From Tricharina praecox (taxonomy: Eukaryota): a DNA stretch of 64,000 nt. The DNA lies in NCBI RefSeq assembly GCF_024521635.1, contig NW_026250409.1, positions 1,364,001-1,428,000 on the forward strand. Reading direction: 5' to 3'. Of this stretch, positions 26,479 to 37,768 are shown in pieces. The notes under the pieces were generated by a model. That model did no database searches. It was given only the letters and a program-made list of their open reading frames with translations, and had not been told where the DNA came from. Positions within the stretch are counted from its first letter, which is position 1, and every line of letters starts with the position of its first letter. A program made the translations under genes and the position numbers.

Positions 26479-28343
26479 ATGTCGGCCTCAAACCCTCTCA
26501 ACGTCTATACCGGCCGCGACTCACTGGTCAAATACTATGACCCCGACTTCCAGCCCCCAGTACCGCTCGTCGAGATTCCAGACAGGTTGAACCCATTCCG
26601 ACAAGATGGTGTGCGGATATACGCAAAGATGATGAGTTGTCTGCCGGCAAACAACGTCAAGTCGATGCCGGGTACGGGCATTCCCACCAACTGCTCCCGT
26701 GTGGCCCCGATTAGTTACTGACTGGCTTCTTCCATTCAGCACTCAACATGCTCCAGAAAGGAGTGACGCCACAGACCAAACGGATAGTGGAATTCAGCTC
26801 GGGTTCGACAGTTATATCGATGGCACTGATTGCTCGAACGGTCCACGGAATCGACGATGTCCACGCCTATGCCAGCAATAAGACGAGCGAGCCGAAGTTG
26901 AAACTTCTGCGCTTCTTTGGCTTGAACCTGTGAGTTGAATCGGACAACCTCTGGATCTAGGCAATGTATTCACATATCACGTCTTCAGTACCCTCTTTGG
27001 AGGACCTGCCCAGCCAGACCCAACAGATAGTCGGGGAGGAATCTGGAGGGCCAAGACTGCCGCGCAGGGCGACGATGGGATTTTGAATCCTGACCAGTAC
27101 AATAGCCCGGATGTACGCATTTGTAACCCTCCTTGGCTGAGGGCTCTCGTCTAACTGAGTCTTTGTAGAACCCAGCCGCACATGGTCGGTGGACGGCACC
27201 TCAAATCATGGCCCAGCTTCCACACATCAATGTCTTCGCCACTGGGATGGGAACCTCTGGTATGTCTTAAATAGCCCGTGAATAGCTGCGAGAGGTTTCT
27301 GACGGCGTGATATAACCAGGTACATTGGCTGGCATCGGAGCCCACATCAAAAAAACCAAGCCTTCCGTTACCATCGTAGGAGTTTGCACAGCCGCAGGCG
27401 ACCGAGTACCAGGCCCTCGCTCGAAAGCACTCTTGAGCGACAGCTTCGCCTGGAGCGAGATCATTGACACCATCGAGGAAATCGAATCTCCGCCCTCGTT
27501 CCTTCTCTCGCTGCAATTGTCTCGCGAAGGACTCATCTGCGGACCCTCATCAGGGCTTAACTTGAAGGGTCTCTTGAACTTCCTGGAGAAGCGGAATGCT
27601 GCTGGAAAGCTTAATGACCTTGCTGGCGAGGATGGAGAGATCCACTGTGTTTTCCTGTGCTGTGATCTGCCGTATCAACATATGGATGAGTACTACACAA
27701 AGCTGGGAGAGGAGCACTTCCCGCCCATCACCAACAAGGTGAGACTGAGACTGATTTCATGCTGATATGTGGGTGCTGACTTTTTCGATTCCAGAACCTT
27801 CACAAAGTTGATCTGTACCGATATGACGGCACCTGGGAGCTCGAGCCGGTCGATGCCTTTGCACGCCTCTACCAACCAGCCGACACCAGCTACGACAGTG
27901 GTATCTCGGATTCGGACTCTTCCGACTCAGACCTCGACACCCCAAAGTATAAAGAGAAAGCACTGAAAGCGCAGCCGGACGTGATGGTGCTCGATCTACG
28001 TGCCACAGCCGAGTTCAACAAGTGGCATCTGCCCGACTCCATCAACCTCCCGCTATCCTCGTCGCGCAGTGGTACCGATGCTCCGAGTCCCTTTGACGAT
28101 CCGAAGCTACTGGAAGAGCAGTGGCTCGAGTTGGATAAGATCTTCAGTCCCGAGGGAACACCGTTTTCAGCTGCGCTCTTGGCGGGTCTCCAGCGCAGGT
28201 TTGTCACGCTGGTTTGCAGCGACGGCGATACGGCAAGGATCGCATCGAGCGTTCTAAGGGCGAAAGGAATTGAGGCGTCGAGTATAGCCGGGGGAGTGAG
28301 GAAGATGCGGCCAATGTTTAGATCTGGTTTGGTTAAGGTATAG
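26479..28343 (+). CDS. PLP-dependent cysteine-synthase-like enzyme fused to a C-terminal rhodanese domain
   Basis: Six exons spliced by eye. Fold-type II motifs PLVE, PANNVKS (PLP Lys), EFSSGST, NPDQY, GMGTSGT, RVPGPR and EGLICGPSSG. Rhodanese motifs VLDLR...FNKWHLPDSINLP and LVCSDGDTAR. Confidence 0.9.
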
Positions 28344-29636
28344 GCCGGTCAAAAAGGTTGCTTGCCGGGGATTATTACTTTCTTTTGTTTCTAGATGAAT
28401 ATACCATGTTTGTTTTCTGAGTAATCGTCGGGAATTAGTAGCGAATATTTGGTCATTCCTGATGATATTGTTCCTGCCCAAGGTATCGATTGGTGAGAGT
28501 GACAGGTTGAGGTGACTGTGAGTGAGTTTCCGACGGCAACTCTGAATCCTCGGCGGAGCCGTAAGAATCAGGTGACGTTACTGAGCGCTAAACCTTCCCG
28601 ATTGTAATGGCGACAACTTTCGAACGCAAGATAACACTTTCGATTTGATAATGGCGAAAAGCGAGTGACATATAGTGCTTCTTGTTATCTTGCGCGGCCC
28701 ATCATCGAGGCTGACGGTCTGAGAACCGCAACCTCTCTGCCTTCGACTTGGCACAAATCACAACTTTATTGCTGCATTCTTCACTCGTTTCTTCAAACAA
28801 CACACTCCTTCTCAAACAACACACCCCTTCTCAAACAACCCTCTTTCGTGCGAACAGAAATCTATCCTTCTCCACTCAAATTCATCTCTCGTACTCACTC
28901 TTTCTACGTTTCTCCTCAGTTACTATCCATCCTAATCACAATCACATATCCACCCCCGCAAAGACTTTGGAGTAACTTCTCGGTCTCCCGGTAAAATAAG
29001 TTACCATCTACTTTGTGCGACTCTATTTACACTTCCACACGGATACCTCGGATACTCAGCAAAGGGCAATATTCCGACTATTCACGAGCCTCTCGAAATC
29101 CGACGGTCTTTACTTCCAAAATTGCCGACGAGAACCTTCGGCTCATGAACCGAGGGAGAAAGAAAAGACCAAGTAAGGGATCTATTCAACCTCACCTGCC
29201 TTTCCTCATGGATCGCGCAGCTAATTCTTGAATCTTCTCAATAGCAGACAACAGCATTTGAACGGGGAAATTCAATCCTAAGAGTCGTCAGACTCATCGA
29301 AACCTTTATACGGAGTTTTAACGTTAGTAAACCCGCTGCTTTGCCTATCTTTCACTGCCCACATGGGGGTTTAAGACTGGTGATTGCGGAGGCTGGGATC
29401 GGAGCTCTCACTCAGCACCCGTGGCTTTCGCTGACTCAATGAAGCATATAAGCTGCGCTGGCTCTTCTTTTCTCCGGGCATCATCGGTTGTATCAAGTGC
29501 CTTGAACTCGAAGTAAGTAAACGTATCCAACAGGTTAGTATCTGCTAACCCGTCGCAAACTAGAGTTATCCTAGAGTGTTAAGAAATACTATTCACGGGT
29601 ACAAGACCGAGCCATACCGACATCCCGGACCGAACG

Positions 29637-30776
29637 ATGTTTCCCGCATTGAAGAGGAGGTTTCGGACCAGAAAAGTGCACTTCCTCGAGGATGAGAAGA
29701 CCAGGATAATTTTGGCGAGCGACGATAGCCAACATGAGGAGGAGGATGAGGAGCGGAAGGAGGATGAGGAGCGGAAGGAGGATGAGAAGGTAAAGGCGCC
29801 ATTTCCGACCAAAGTGCAATCATCCGTCTTCGAGTACACCCCAAGACCTCATTTTACCCATCATTGTTCCAGACGAAGCCATGACTCCGAGTGGCGACAG
29901 CACAAACAGACTTTCCAGCCCTTCCTACGATTGGATAGGAATCTTATTCTCAGGATTTCCGATTACGTCCCGGACGGAACGCTGGCCAACCTCTGCGTCA
30001 CGAATAAGAAGATCAATCGCCTCTTGCTGTCAGCTCTTTGGGATCGTCTGGTCGATTACCAGACTCCAGATTATAATTATCCAAGGGATCCTCGCATCTA
30101 CATTATGCTAGGTGCTGCCATGGCCGGGTCTTTCGGGGCTGTCAAGTACTATCTGGCGTGCGGTGCCTACTGCAACGCGGTCGACTGGACTTCGCAGAGG
30201 TGGTCAGCCCTGCAGAATGCTGTCGTGGCTAAGAACTTTGTACCGCTAGTGACGGTCTTACTGAACGCCGGCGCAAATGTTACCTACCTCTCGCAGGACG
30301 GCGTCTCGGCCCTCCACATCGCCGCGGATCAAGGCAAACTCGAAGCCGTCCAGCTTATGGTTTCCGAGCTGGAGCGGCGGAAGAACTCGATCGATTTCTT
30401 GACGAACCGTCGAGAGACAGCGCTCCACCGTGCCGCTGCTAACGGGGAAGCCGAGGTGGTCGAGTACCTGCTAGCCAGGGGTGCCGATCCCAAGAGGAGA
30501 GACGACAACAACATGACTCCGCTTATCCGAGCGGGACAGCGCGGCTTTTGGGCGTGCGTTGCGCTTCTGGCTGCCAGGCGCGAATACGAACTCAATTGGA
30601 TGGAGCGCGGGTTGGCGCAGGGAATCACCTTTCGGGAGCTGATGGGTCTCGGCGTGAACCCCGTCACCTGGGATGTGGTTCCCCAGGCAAAACCGGAACT
30701 CAAGAAGGCTCCCAAGCTGAAGAGTATCATGAAGAAGCCCAGTAAAAGGTTTCCGACTACCAGGTTTGCTCACTAA
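29637..30776 (+). CDS. Ankyrin-repeat protein with a preceding F-box-like segment
   Basis: A 379-aa ORF. LRLDRNLILRISDYV...LANLCVTNKKI resembles an F-box. Ankyrin repeats SALQNAV, SALHIAA, TALHRAA, TPLIRAG. Confidence 0.88.
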   Translation: MFPALKRRFRTRKVHFLEDEKTRIILASDDSQHEEEDEERKEDEERKEDEKVKAPFPTKVQSSVFEYTPRPHFTHHCSRRSHDSEWRQHKQTFQPFLRLDRNLILRISDYVPDGTLANLCVTNKKINRLLLSALWDRLVDYQTPDYNYPRDPRIYIMLGAAMAGSFGAVKYYLACGAYCNAVDWTSQRWSALQNAVVAKNFVPLVTVLLNAGANVTYLSQDGVSALHIAADQGKLEAVQLMVSELERRKNSIDFLTNRRETALHRAAANGEAEVVEYLLARGADPKRRDDNNMTPLIRAGQRGFWACVALLAARREYELNWMERGLAQGITFRELMGLGVNPVTWDVVPQAKPELKKAPKLKSIMKKPSKRFPTTRFAH

Positions 30777-31235
30777 CGACCTCGACGAGCTTGATTTTAA
30801 CCCGGTTCAATATACGAGAAGGCTCGGTATTTCAGCATTTGGTGTTTCTTCGCTCTCTCGTTCCTGTGACTCAAATTTCATCGTATTCGTTCCGTTCGTT
30901 GCTTGGGGCATGGCTCGGTCCCAGTGGGCGTTTTACTGCTTCTTGTGTTTCCTGAAGAAGGAGGGTCATCGGTTTGGGCCTAACAATAGCAATGAACGAG
31001 ACGAATCACATCTACCATCACCAATACTTGGCTATCGATGCCGATACACGATTCGGGACGCTGAATTAAAGATACAGTTCTAATATTATAGGGTATGTTA
31101 ATTAATGTTCCCCCTCAAAACAACGCTATTACATGTGGTAAACCTAACGCCAACTCTATGAATACATCCCAAAGCCATACAGAAACAAAAAATAAAACCT
31201 AGTCCGGTTATACATTACGGTAGAAGAGTAGCCAT

Positions 31236-31976
31236 TCAAGCCCACTTGCTCGCCAGTCCGATAATCTCAATCCCGAGCCCCGACTGGCCTCCGATGTTCA
31301 TCGGCCCGCCATCACTGGGCGCCTTGATCGCCCCAGCCACTTCGTATGCAATCTTCCCTCCAGCGGGACAAGGGAACGGCTCCTCGACCCTCGTCGACCC
31401 CTCGCCGGGCCCATAAACGAACTTGTGCAAGAACTTCTCATTCGTGGTCGTAGCCGCCAGATCGGCCTCGTTAAGGATGAAAGTGGCCACCACCTGGTCC
31501 CTCGCCGGCTTGTTGGACCACGTAGATGACTCTGTCGCCTCGCCGCTGCCGGGGACAAAGCTCCAGACGTTGTAGATGTTCGGGCTGCCGGCGGTGTTGT
31601 CGCCTGCGTCGCTGACGAGCTGGAAGCGACACTTCTTGTCGGTGTGGCCGGCGGGGAAGTCGAAGATCGTCAGGGTCGAGGACTCGCTAAGGCCTGTGCC
31701 GGACGCGGCGCGGCTAAAGCCGGCGAAGATGATGTTGGGCGGCTTCGAGACAGAGCCGGTTACGTCGTTGATGACCACGTTGAGCGACGTGACGAGGGCG
31801 TTCCCGCTGGGGAGACGCGCGGGGCAGGCGTTGAAGGAGGGGTTGGCGATGCAATTGTCCGGGATGTTGTCCAGGCCGGGAGTGAAACCGAGGGCGGGGG
31901 CGTTGGTGGCCTGCGGTGTCGGAAGGGCCAGAACCGTCGAGGCCAGGAAGAGGACGGTGGAGAGGGTGAACTGCAT
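31236..31976 (-). CDS. Secreted protein, But2 C-terminal-domain-like (copy 2)
   Basis: Signal peptide MQFTLSTVLFLASTVLA. Intronless, with the same 4 Cys and motifs as copy 1 (STLTIFDFP, CRFQ, IYNVW, NKPAR, FVYGPGE, FPCP, SGLGIEIIG). Confidence 0.88.
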   Translation of the reverse strand: MQFTLSTVLFLASTVLALPTPQATNAPALGFTPGLDNIPDNCIANPSFNACPARLPSGNALVTSLNVVINDVTGSVSKPPNIIFAGFSRAASGTGLSESSTLTIFDFPAGHTDKKCRFQLVSDAGDNTAGSPNIYNVWSFVPGSGEATESSTWSNKPARDQVVATFILNEADLAATTTNEKFLHKFVYGPGEGSTRVEEPFPCPAGGKIAYEVAGAIKAPSDGGPMNIGGQSGLGIEIIGLASKWA

Positions 31977-33491
31977 TATATCGATTTGAGGTGGTGGAGA
32001 GGTCGGTGGATTTGGACTCTGTATGATCTTAGATGTGAATGGATGAGGAGGAGCTGCAAGGTGAAGATGGAGGTTAAGTGGTAGGCGGGAACAGGCGATT
32101 TATACACCAACGTCCATACTACCTCACCGGCAGGCTATCCCGGTCCGTGCGGGTGGTACTATACGGACAAGGTACCCCACAGTGCTCCACCGCGCCACAT
32201 GTGTAGCCGTGCCACACTAACTAAGGACTTAGAAGTTAGGTACGCTTATGTTGTCTATTTTCGAGCATGTTGGGTCGACCTTTGTCGAGCTTGTGTCATG
32301 AGGGCTGGGGAGTGACGAGTCTACTCCGGATCCCAAGCCATCTGTCAGGTTTGATTGGCAAAAGTACCATATGTAGCATGTTCAGATTCCTCGCCGGAGT
32401 TAAAACGATCGGCATTCCGTCTCCCTCGGGATCTCCTTCTGGACTCACCTGAAACCTTCCTTTGTGCAAGATACCTATGGACAATGGAATGCCTGTGTAT
32501 TTACGGGACTCCTGAGTCCTCGTGTGATGGTACATGCATCACGCGGTGCGGGTAGCTGATTGAGAGTGCACATTCTTTATCTATCTTTACATCCACGTCT
32601 CGGATATATAATTGCCAGCGGGATGCCGATCGCCGAGTCCGCAAGCTCAGCGGGGTGCTTGCATAGCATGATGGCCAAGCATGCACGCCGCGCCGGCATA
32701 CGGCAGGCCCCAGGGTCCGGTAAGTAACTAAGGCCAGGCACCAGTCAAGGCTCAAGCAGCCACTCTAAATCCGTTTGTGACATAAGGGCCTTTACCGCAA
32801 CACACAACTCAGCCTGGCATGGGAGCCTGAAATTGAATGGATACATGCATATTCAAAGACTGGCTGGGCATAAGCGTGGTTGTGGCGGTGCTAGCGTTGG
32901 AATGATTATTTATGTATTCACTGTGGGCTAGTAGCTACAGCAACGTACAAATGGAACGATATGTAGGTGATCATGATGCGTGGTATGTTCGTAACTAATA
33001 CCGAGAGCGCTGAGACGAATTGACCGGCTCGTCCTCTCCGAACTGGGTTTATCGAGTGTGATGTTCTAGATGTATTGAGTGATATCTCGTGAATCCGTTA
33101 TTGTCGGCCTCCACCACGAGGATTAAAGGAACAAAGAGCTGTATAAATTAACTGCATGTCTGAAACGCTGTGGGAGCACTTTAAATCGCCTTCACCGTCT
33201 CGCCCATGCACGGCACAGTACTCAATACCGAACGCCGGTAATCCAAGAGTCCACCGGTATGCCGCCAACTAGAGTAATCATGTTGGAACATCGGACTCCA
33301 CTTTCCAACATACCTATCTCACCGTGATCGTCGGAACGGAATTCGGCATATCTCCACAGGGGTGCATAGGTTGGTCCGGTGAGCTCGGCCATTAACTAGC
33401 CTTCATTATTAACTAGCCTTCATTTCCGGGACGGTCAAGGGATCACCGGACAGACAGACAAAGGCCAAAAAGAAAAATAAAAAGATAATTC

Positions 33492-33594
33492 TTCCGCCGC
33501 CGGGAATTGAACCCGGGTCTAGTCGGCACTTCTTCTCAATTCGAATGGAGTCAAAGATGAAAGCGACCAATGCTAACCACTACACCACGGCGGA
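33492..33594 (-). tRNA. tRNA-Glu(TTC) with a 31-nt intron (33557-33527)
   Basis: Minus strand reads TCCGCCG...GTGTAGTGGTTAGCAT, GGTCG-CT-TTC-A-[intron]-C-CGACT, CCGGG-TTCAATT-CCCGG, CGGCGGA-A. T-rich terminator downstream. Confidence 0.96.
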
Positions 33595-34446
33595 TCTATA
33601 AAGATCAAAAGGGAAAAGTAAGATTGTCATTGAATTCAAAGTGTCGTATCTGAACTGCTTTTAGTCGTGACGTATTCAGCACCGAGAGGTAGAGCAACGT
33701 GGGAGTACTAAGACGCGGATGAAACAGGAAGATTATCAAGGAACGTTTGTTTGTAGCTGTAAGTTTTATCCTAGGGGGATTGGGTACCCGTACCTTTTTT
33801 TAGTAGGTACTCGCTGGCATACTAGACACTGAACTTCAACTGTTTCAATGACAAAACATTGCCGGAAAAGCCATATTCCGGATATTCCGAGATATTCGTG
33901 TCGTAGCGATGAGGTTAGATCTCGAAGTGGGATGTTGAACTTAAGAGAGGAGGAGGGAGGAAGGGTCCATCGATCTGGGCCTTCCAAGCTTCGATCAGCG
34001 TCGATGCGCGAGTGCAGATCCATCGATGGATCACTCGGCCACGCTCAAGATCCTCGAATGCCCGTGTGACGGAGTAATGTAGGAGCTGTCGGCGGGAGGA
34101 AACGAATGTGGTCAGTAGTGGGCATCAACATTGGTGGGCATGACGGGGTTTCTTATTTTTCTTCTTCTGCTTCTTCTTCTTTTTTGATCATCATCTATTG
34201 AATAGGTAGACGGTTAACCCCTCACCTCCGCTCTCTCTCTCCTCTGTGTGTGCTCTCTTCCTCGTCACGCCTGTCGGATTGGAGAGGCATTGGCAAAGAG
34301 CCCTTGCAAAACCCGCTAGTCTGCAACTTCACAGACGGCAAGATTCAATGGAGCGATGACGGCCCACTGCACGGTGATGTTGAATAGCGACTCGCAGAGG
34401 GTCTGCTAACTGTCGCGGTTGGAGCGTCGCACACCACCGACGACAA

Positions 34447-34710
34447 CAGTGTTCGACATAGTCCAGTCCGTCCGTCCTGAGCCTCGGACTGGACCGGACT
34501 GTATCGTGGCAGTCCGCCCGGGAGCGATGTTTGGACGGACTAGTCCAAAAAAATCGAGAGCAGGACGGACTGCAGTCCGCACCCAGTCCACGAAATCCAT
34601 GGACTGGACGGATTAGTTTTACGCAGTCCGTCTAAGGGACCGGACTAGACCAGATCTTGGCAGTCCGTCCAGTCCAGACTGCAGTCCGGACCGGACAATG
34701 TCGAACACTG
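34447..34710 (+). mobile_element. MITE copy 1 (hAT-like TIRs, GGACT/AGTCC subterminal repeats)
   Basis: TIRs CAGTGTTCGACAT...ATGTCGAACACTG; 264 bp; non-coding. No 8-bp TSD visible. Confidence 0.85.
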
Positions 34711-34994
34711 AATCCAATTGATCCCGTGATGCTCTGTGATCCCTTTCAACCTATCAAGTTCCCTTGTACATATGTACGCCGTGTTGCTGTATCCCCAGCT
34801 GATGAGGTAGAGACTCTCAGGGCCCATGAACTTTACGCATTGCTCCACCACCGTGCAGTCCAGCAATTGTAGTTCGGCCACGACCGAAGCGACGGGTGAT
34901 GCTCCATGACCGCCTACTCTCCGAGCGAACCTACGGAGTCGGTTCGTATATCTGCAGCCCGCGCGCATCGGCGCATACCTATGCCTGTTTCGTA

Positions 34995-35253
34995 CAGTGT
35001 TCGAAATAGTCCGGTTGGGACTGCAATCCGGACTAGACGGTCTGCCAAGATCCGGTTCGGCCCTTCGGACGGACCGCCGAAAAGTAATCCGTCCCGTCCA
35101 TGGATTCCAAGGACTGGAGGGGACTGCAGTCGGTCCTGACCTCCGAAAATTTTGGACTAGTCCGTCCGAACACCGCTCCCGGACGGACTGCCGAGATACA
35201 GTCCAGTCCGGTCCGAGGCCCAGGACGGACGGACTGGACTATGTCGAATACTG
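34995..35253 (-). mobile_element. MITE copy 2 (same family, inverted orientation) with an 8-bp target-site duplication
   Basis: TIRs CAGTGTTCGAAATAGTCC...GGACTATGTCGAATACTG. Flanked by direct repeats GTTTCGTA at 34987-34994 and 35254-35261. Its reverse complement aligns end to end with copy 1. Confidence 0.92.
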
Positions 35254-37768
35254 GTTTCGTAAAGCGAAATCTCGCCGAAGGCCCGAAGCCAGGCCGGTCG
35301 AAATTCCCCACGCAGTCCGGCAATGTTTCGGAACGGTAGAGCATATACGGTATGGCATGGGTGATGGATCTCCCGGCCCGACGGGTTCTGATTCTAATTT
35401 CTCGGCACATGGTATTGGCTGCTACACAGCAGCGATCCGATTCGGAATGAACCGAGGAAATCTAGTCCAGAAGGGCTGCGTAACGGTACGATACGGTGGT
35501 ACACGGCCTGCCCGCCCGGAAACTTTCAAGTCCGCCTGCGCCTGTTGCTGTGTTGCCAAACAGTGCCAATGGTTCTGGCGGCGGCGGCCTGAGCAGCATA
35601 CCGGTAGTGGCTAGGTATGTCCTATGTGAACGCCGATTGCTTCCAGGGAGCCCACCAGCGCCATACAAACACCATGCAAACTCGCGCCCCGTAGAGATTT
35701 TAACGTCCCAAAGTTCAACGGTGGTTTCCGTGTGACGATGCTGCTGCTGCTGGTGGTTATCTGGCTCGGATGGGGTGTCTGCATGTGCATGCATGTGCAA
35801 AACGAACGATACCCAGATCCCGCGGATCGACAATCTTTCCTGTTTCCCACGGTAGTTACTCTACTCTACAGCACATACTCGCGTTCTCCGCATTCTCCGC
35901 CGCGAGCTCGGTTTTACCACGTCACTCGCATCTAGAGTATCGACATAAACGCACGGACAGGGTGTTCCAATCGATGGCTGAGCTATGTATGTATGGTATG
36001 TACGAGTCCTATTCAGATGCGCATGGAGAAATCCAACACGAACAGTGCAGCTGCGTCTATTACCTACTAGTCACAAGCAAGAGGAAAGGAAGAAGAAAAA
36101 ACCTCTGTAGCAGGCGTTTAATATTTATGTGGGTCTGCGGGTGTGTTGTATTCTACAGAATATTAATGGAGTTCATAGCTTCAGCAGGTAGCGTCGATGA
36201 AGGTGATCGTGCGCAGCAGCGTGGCTAGGATGGAAAGTCTCGATGGACGACAATCATCAATGAGGCTTGACTGGCGCGGTTGGGCACGTGGGGGATTGCA
36301 GTAAAGTGCACTTTTCAGGCACGGCTACACCCTTGACATTTTTGCGCGGAGTACAGTTATCTAGATGTTTACTGTATGGTTCGGTATGGGATTTTCTCTG
36401 GATACCTATGGCCATCTCCACTCACTTTGAATACCCCTATTGGCCCTTTTTGGTACAGCGGAGTTGGTTATGGCGTCAGTATCACAGATTGTCAATCGAC
36501 AGTGAGAAGAAAAACACCGCATCACGTAAAATCATATATGAACTCCCTATGGCTATGGCTAGGTTATCAAAACACCAGACCTACTCTACTCGCATACAAA
36601 GTGGAGAAGTGGAAGCAGCGGAAAACGCTCACTTCCGCCTCTCTGCGCTTTGCGATCAGTGGGGAATGCCGTCGCCGTCAAACTACCTACTCTACACGAT
36701 TGGCAGCATAAAGGACTGCATGCTGGATGGATCATTGGACATAGGGCACATACATACTATATGCACTCAACTCAACTCACCTCACTTGCGATCGACAATC
36801 CGAACTCGGGATCGAGGCGAGCAAGTTTGAACTTTGCAAGCACGTCGTGGGTCCATCCAGCAGTTTTCTGGGCTGTGATACTCTTGACTCGTCGGTCCCC
36901 CTCTCGCGTGAAGAGGGACCCACAATTCCCACACGCGGGTCCCAGGACCTCGTGGGTCAACCCTCTTAGAACTCTAGTAAACGCTGGCTCTTGGCGGTTG
37001 GGGCGACAAACAATAGCTTCGCGAGCGGCAAAGGCGTCCGGGAAATCAGCGGCAACTTCCAAGTGCCGTTTACGAGACAAAATAGCCAGACACTCCGGGT
37101 AGCAGCCAATAGAACCTTCGGCTGCGTTTTTTCGATCCCGCACACACGCAGAGTTTGCAAACGCTGGCACTCTGGCAGCCAATGGGTGGTATGGGGGGTG
37201 AGGCGATGGAGTGCGTACTGCGTGGAGCACTGCGTGGAGCATGAAGGCGCACCGCACCGCACCGCCGCACGCAGACATATTCCCTGCGGAGGGGGGCCGC
37301 ATCCGCAGCTGGGGAGGGACTCTACTCTACCTTCCTACTCCTGTTGGGATACTTGCACGCGCAATTGAGTTTTGGTTCAGGTCCAACTCTGGCAAATACC
37401 TACTTTGCTTTTGTTGTGTTTATTTTACACACAATAAGTCTCGCTATCATCGCTCAAGTGACGAGGAATCTATGCAGCTATAAATATCCTCATATCACTA
37501 TCAAAAGGAAAGAACCCCCGCCTAATTCCAAATATTCTAACCCAACCGCCAGTGGTGAGACTTGCTCACCTACGAGGGTGGAGAGGAGGAGGAACAGGAG
37601 GATGAGGACGAGAAGGATGCTGATTATCCGTTGATCGGCAATCACCCTGTCAGGGAATCTCTATTCAAGTATATAGGTATCTATTACACCCATCCAAACG
37701 CCAACTCCATAGCAAATCTACAACACCCTCGTAACCACCCTGATGCTCCCACCCCAAATCAAGCAATC

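Noticed and set aside
33391..33424. 17-bp perfect tandem duplication ATTAACTAGCCTTCATT, and a similar ~37-bp duplication at 13870-13940
   Set aside because: Simple slippage duplications with no element between the copies.
36267..37302. ORFs of 150-187 aa near the MITEs as a possible transposase remnant
   Set aside because: No recognisable hAT, DDE or RT motifs.
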